Shown in pieces: positions 28,565 through 32,313 of a stretch of DNA of 32,313 nt. Source of the DNA: Candidatus Woesearchaeota archaeon. GTDB taxonomy: Archaea; Nanobdellota; Nanobdellia; Woesearchaeales; J072. The position numbers and the translations under genes were made by a program. Location of the stretch: assembly GCA_003695265.1 (NCBI GenBank), contig RFII01000102.1, positions 1 through 32,313 of the forward strand, written 5' to 3'. The number at the start of each line of letters is the position of its first letter. The first letter of the stretch is position 1. Under the pieces are notes generated by a model. That model searched no databases. It saw nothing but the letters and a program-made list of their open reading frames with translations, and was not told where the DNA came from.

Positions 28565-29563
28565 ATGGAACGCAAACCAAGGCTCTTTTTTGAAGAAGGA
28601 ACTGCGCCGAGAAAAAAAGCTTCTTCAAAAAAGACAAAAAGATATGCGCCTGCCAAAAAAGTAGCAAAGAAAACGCAAAAAAAAACAAAGGGTAAGCCTT
28701 CTAAAAAAAAGGCGCTTTCCAAAAAAACCACACATCAAATAGGTGTTAAGTCCGGAAAAGTGCAAATTAAAGGAGCTTTTGATATGGGTGCTGTTAAGAA
28801 GGCAATCGAGCAAAAACTACAGAAAAGAGAACTGCAAGAATCATTTAGTGATGAAGGAGAATTTTTTATCGGTGAAAAAAGAGTAGCAACAGGCATTCCC
28901 GGGCTTGACAGGGTAATGGAAGGCGGCTTCAGAATAAACACTTCAAACCTAATCGTTGGCGGTGCTGGCTGCGGCAAGTCAATATTCTGCATGCAGTTCT
29001 TAGTTAATGGCATTGACAAATACAATGAAAACGGAATTTACATATCTTTTGAGGAGAGCGAGGACAAAATACTTAAGGATTTTGAGAAGTTTCCATGGCA
29101 CCTTAAAGAAAAAATTAAGAGCAAAAAACTTGTTATATTATCTTACACTCCGGAGCAGGTTGCCAAAGTCCTAAGCGTTGGGGGTGGCACAATAAGGGAC
29201 ACTATAGAGTCAATAGGAGCTAAAAGAATTGTTATTGACTCATTAACCGCCTTCACACTTTTGCATGAAAATGAGCTGACAAAAAGAAAAGAACTCCTAA
29301 AACTGTTCGAGTCCATATACAAATGGAATGTTACAGCGCTGTTGACTGCTGAGCATGAGCCTGACCCGGATAGGCATGAGTCAAATGTTTTAGAGTTTGA
29401 AGTTGATGGTGTTATATTATTATATAATGTTAGGAAAGGAGACATAAGGGAGCGCTCTTTAGAGGTTTTCAAGATGCGCGGAACAAAGCATTCAGCAAAG
29501 ATTTACCCAATGAAAATAACAGACAATGGAATAATAATTTACCCTGATGAAACGGTGTTTTGA
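28565..29563 (+). CDS. KaiC/RAD55-like single-domain RecA-superfamily ATPase with a Lys-rich N-terminal extension
   Basis: RVATGIPGLD, Walker A GGAGCGKS, ISFEE, RIVIDSLT and KMRGTKH; TTTAAATA ends 24 nt before the ATG. Confidence 0.9.
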   Translation: MERKPRLFFEEGTAPRKKASSKKTKRYAPAKKVAKKTQKKTKGKPSKKKALSKKTTHQIGVKSGKVQIKGAFDMGAVKKAIEQKLQKRELQESFSDEGEFFIGEKRVATGIPGLDRVMEGGFRINTSNLIVGGAGCGKSIFCMQFLVNGIDKYNENGIYISFEESEDKILKDFEKFPWHLKEKIKSKKLVILSYTPEQVAKVLSVGGGTIRDTIESIGAKRIVIDSLTAFTLLHENELTKRKELLKLFESIYKWNVTALLTAEHEPDPDRHESNVLEFEVDGVILLYNVRKGDIRERSLEVFKMRGTKHSAKIYPMKITDNGIIIYPDETVF

Positions 29564-30253
29564 ATGGAAAGGTTGCCAACAGGAATTGACGGTCTTAACA
29601 AGATTATTCAAGGGGGCTTTATAAAAAACTCTGTTAACCTTGTTGTTGGCGGGCCCGGCTCCGGAAAGACAATATTTGCCACGCAGTTCCTTATGGAAGG
29701 ATTAAGGAATAATGAGGGCTGCCTGTACATAACATTTGAGGAAAAGAAAAAGAAGTTTTATAATGACATGCTTGCCTTCGGCTGGGACCTTGCTAAATAT
29801 GAAAAGTTAGGAAGATTCGTTTTCATAGAGTACAGCCCTGAGCAGGTAAGAAACCTGATAGTAAAGGGCGGCGGCGTTATTGAGGATGTTATCAAAGATG
29901 CAAAAATTAGGCGCATAGTTATTGATTCCATAACATCTTTCTCACTGCTTTATGATGATCGTCTTTCAAAAAAAGAGGCTGCACTTGACCTTTTTGAACT
30001 CTTGGACAAGTGGGAATGCACTTCTGTAATGACTTCGCAGGATGAGAGCTTTAGTGACGAGCTCATAGCCAGTTCTCTTGAGTTTGAGGCTGACGGTATA
30101 ATACTTCTTTACCACATCAGAAAAAAAGGCCACAGGGTAAGAGCTTTAGAAATCCTAAAAATGCGTGGAACAAAGCACCCTAGTGACATCGTGAAAGTTG
30201 AGATAACACCAAAAGGAATTGTTGTTGATCCAAAAACAGTTGTTGTTTTCTGA
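29564..30253 (+). CDS. KaiC/RAD55-like single-domain ATPase (tandem paralogue)
   Basis: RLPTGIDGL, GGPGSGKT, ITFEE, RIVIDSIT and KMRGTKH; starts immediately after the previous stop codon. Confidence 0.92.
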   Translation: MERLPTGIDGLNKIIQGGFIKNSVNLVVGGPGSGKTIFATQFLMEGLRNNEGCLYITFEEKKKKFYNDMLAFGWDLAKYEKLGRFVFIEYSPEQVRNLIVKGGGVIEDVIKDAKIRRIVIDSITSFSLLYDDRLSKKEAALDLFELLDKWECTSVMTSQDESFSDELIASSLEFEADGIILLYHIRKKGHRVRALEILKMRGTKHPSDIVKVEITPKGIVVDPKTVVVF

Positions 30254-30284
30254 AACCTGCTTTTAAGCCATTCTTTTTTCTGGG

Positions 30285-30376
30285 TTAAGCCAAATTTTGT
30301 TGGTTTTGGAGATTACAATGCTTTGTCCCGCCCACACCACCCCCTCACCACCAAAACTTACCTCGCATAAGTTGAC
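30285..30376. repeat. Dispersed ~95-bp intergenic repeat, copy 2
   Basis: Same 20-bp core at 30325-30344; the last 26 nt match copy 1 at 20 of 26 positions. Confidence 0.85.
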
Positions 30377-30415
30377 TTGCCTTTTTTCGGAATTAAGTCT
30401 GGGAATTAAGAAAAG

Positions 30416-30423
30416 TTTATATT
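30416..30423 (+). promoter_or_regulatory. Archaeal TATA box for the pilin-like gene
   Basis: AAGAAAAG-TTTATATT ending 24 nt before ATG 30448. Confidence 0.5.
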
Positions 30424-30447
30424 CCAAACATATTATTATTTAATTCT

Positions 30448-32313
30448 ATGCTAAGAAAAGCGCAGAGCGGCGTTGAACTTCTTGTCCTAGTTTCCTTTTT
30501 ATTAGCAATATTTGTTTCTATATTTTTCCTTAATGAGAGGACCTCAAACAGCATTACAGGCCAGGTTTCATCAAGCCAGGCAAGCGTTGCTCTGTCAGAC
30601 CTTGGGAACGCTGCTGAATTAGTATATAACCAAGGCGTCGGCTCAAAAACAGTGGTGCGCATAACACTGCCTTTAGAAACGCGCAACATCATAATTAGTA
30701 ACCGCTCCTTAATCTTGAATCTTTCTGTAGGTAACAGCTCAGAGCAGCTGGTAAGGACTTTCGGTTTTGATGTCGCAGGCCAAATCCTTGCTGAGGAAGG
30801 AGAGCAGGAAGTTACAGTAATAGCAGCTGACGGAATCGTTTTCTTTAACCTTGATAACAAAGCACCGACCGCTTTTAACGGGAAGCCGACAGGAACAGTT
30901 TTTGATCTTCCTTTGCTGACTATGGCAACTAATGAGAACGCCATTTGCAAAGGATCTCTTAATGTTGATGAGGATTACGAAAATATGGATTTTGTATTCA
31001 ACAATTCAGGCACATACCATAACTATCAGACTTCCAGCTTGGCCTCTGCTAATTACACTGTTTATGTAAGGTGTAATGACACTTCAGGAAACGTGGCTAA
31101 TGAGAGCTACTCTTGGAGCTTTGAGCTCATACGAATGCTGAATGTTACCTTAAACACTGACAAATTATTATATGTTGAGAATGAGACAATCACTTTTTCC
31201 GGTGGAAATTACATATCCAGCGTGAAATTCTGGGTAAGCAACAGCACAGAAAACGTAACAAGCACAACATTAACAGCAAATTCCTCTGGCAACATAACGC
31301 ACCAGTGGAATACTAGCATCTGCGACCAAAACTTCACAGCTTTTGCAAGAGACCTCACAACAGGCAGCGAGGCAAACACTACATTTGAGGTTTTATGCTA
31401 TTTCAACGACACTTCACCGCCAAACATTACACTGATGCTTCCAGTGCAGAATGGTTATTCAGGAACAAACGCGACATTTATTTACAATGTGAGTGATGAG
31501 ACAAGCATTGCTAACTGCTCATTGATTATTAATAACAGCATAAATATTACAGATCCTACAATCACCCTGGGCGTAAATCAGTCGTTCAACCTCAGCATGG
31601 CTGATGGCAAATACATGTGGAGCGTTAACTGCACTGACTCTTACAACAACAAAGGCTCAAGCGTTAAAAGAAACCTGACAGTTGACTCAGTTCTTAATCT
31701 TGAGACTGTATTCAATTCCAGCCCTCCTGTCCGAGCGTATGAGGAAGACTTTGACCCAACATGGGATGTTGAAGTGCAGTTCGATGACAACACCTCTTTT
31801 GCGCACGCGACTGACGAGGGCTCGCCATCTTACCCACCCCCTGATTATGTGGAATTTGTTTTCCCTGATTTCGGCTTTTTAGATAACGGCTTTTTTGACG
31901 TTTCTGATGCGCGCTTCATGTTCAAGCACAGGGACAACCCAAAAGGAGGAACCTTCCCTGACAATGATCGTAGGCAAGTGCAGTGCTATGACGGCGTTAA
32001 TTGGAACGCAGTTGAGGTTTATGCGCTAAGCCCTGATGATGACGCTTGGGTTTATTACCAAAGCCCGGACTTGTCTGACTGCATAATATCACCTGCAGTT
32101 GCAAATAATATCAAGATGAGGGTGACGTTCGACCCGTCAAGCGATACAGGCGCAACGCAGGACATTGACTACGCTTACATCAATGTTACTCTTAAATCGG
32201 CAATTTACGCTAACCTGTGTGAGCGTGTTGAGGATGCTCCTCAGCCTGTTGATTTCAGCTCCGGCCTGAACACTTCCGGCAACACTTTTGGCCTTGGCAT
32301 GGGTGATGACTGC
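30448..32313 (+). CDS. Large type IV pilin-like surface glycoprotein with a class III signal peptide (3'-truncated, at least 622 aa)
   Basis: Not in the ORF track because it has no stop in the window; begins MLRKA|QSGVELLVLVSFLLAIFVSIFF; many N-x-S/T sequons; Ig-like repeats (YTVYVRCNDTSGN, YMWSVNCTDSYNN). Confidence 0.85.
   Translation, partial: MLRKAQSGVELLVLVSFLLAIFVSIFFLNERTSNSITGQVSSSQASVALSDLGNAAELVYNQGVGSKTVVRITLPLETRNIIISNRSLILNLSVGNSSEQLVRTFGFDVAGQILAEEGEQEVTVIAADGIVFFNLDNKAPTAFNGKPTGTVFDLPLLTMATNENAICKGSLNVDEDYENMDFVFNNSGTYHNYQTSSLASANYTVYVRCNDTSGNVANESYSWSFELIRMLNVTLNTDKLLYVENETITFSGGNYISSVKFWVSNSTENVTSTTLTANSSGNITHQWNTSICDQNFTAFARDLTTGSEANTTFEVLCYFNDTSPPNITLMLPVQNGYSGTNATFIYNVSDETSIANCSLIINNSINITDPTITLGVNQSFNLSMADGKYMWSVNCTDSYNNKGSSVKRNLTVDSVLNLETVFNSSPPVRAYEEDFDPTWDVEVQFDDNTSFAHATDEGSPSYPPPDYVEFVFPDFGFLDNGFFDVSDARFMFKHRDNPKGGTFPDNDRRQVQCYDGVNWNAVEVYALSPDDDAWVYYQSPDLSDCIISPAVANNIKMRVTFDPSSDTGATQDIDYAYINVTLKSAIYANLCERVEDAPQPVDFSSGLNTSGNTFGLGMGDDC

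Noticed and set aside
28565..30253. Circadian clock locus, or a single KaiC broken by a sequencing error
   Set aside because: No kaiA or kaiB, no Ser-Thr phosphosites, and each ORF has a complete domain with its own start (TGA-ATG junction)
30417..30950. 177-aa minus-strand ORF, and the 66-aa ORF at 31682-31882
   Set aside because: They are antisense or out-of-frame to the long pilin-like ORF starting at 30448

Overview
AT-rich, gene-dense archaeal chromosomal segment, most likely from a DPANN lineage such as Woesearchaeota (inferred from the intron-containing tRNA, archaeal Rpp21, CarS, HerA, Mre11, class III signal peptide protein, TATA boxes about 24 nt before start codons, and bacterial-type GAPDH). 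Housekeeping content: tRNA-Asn(GTT) with a 14-nt intron, radical SAM protein, CorA, CarS, AlaX, Rpp21, ppsA-gap-pgk, proline dehydrogenase, and two KaiC/RAD55-like ATPases. No transposase, integrase, CRISPR array or rRNA was seen. The most unusual items are: (1) an MscS-type channel whose C-terminal part is a C39-like cysteine peptidase with an intact Cys/His/Asp triad; (2) a short MCM-family AAA+ ATPase with no recognisable N-terminal domain, lying head-to-head with an HTH/PIN gene pair and followed by HerA and Mre11, with no Rad50 or NurA in the window; (3) an unannotated ~95-bp intergenic element with an identical 20-bp C-rich core, present twice about 19.7 kb apart; (4) a secreted gingipain-like C25 protease with Cys-rich repeats; (5) a large pilin-like surface protein, absent from the ORF track, that runs off the 3' end. 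All family assignments come from motif recognition by eye, not from database searches.
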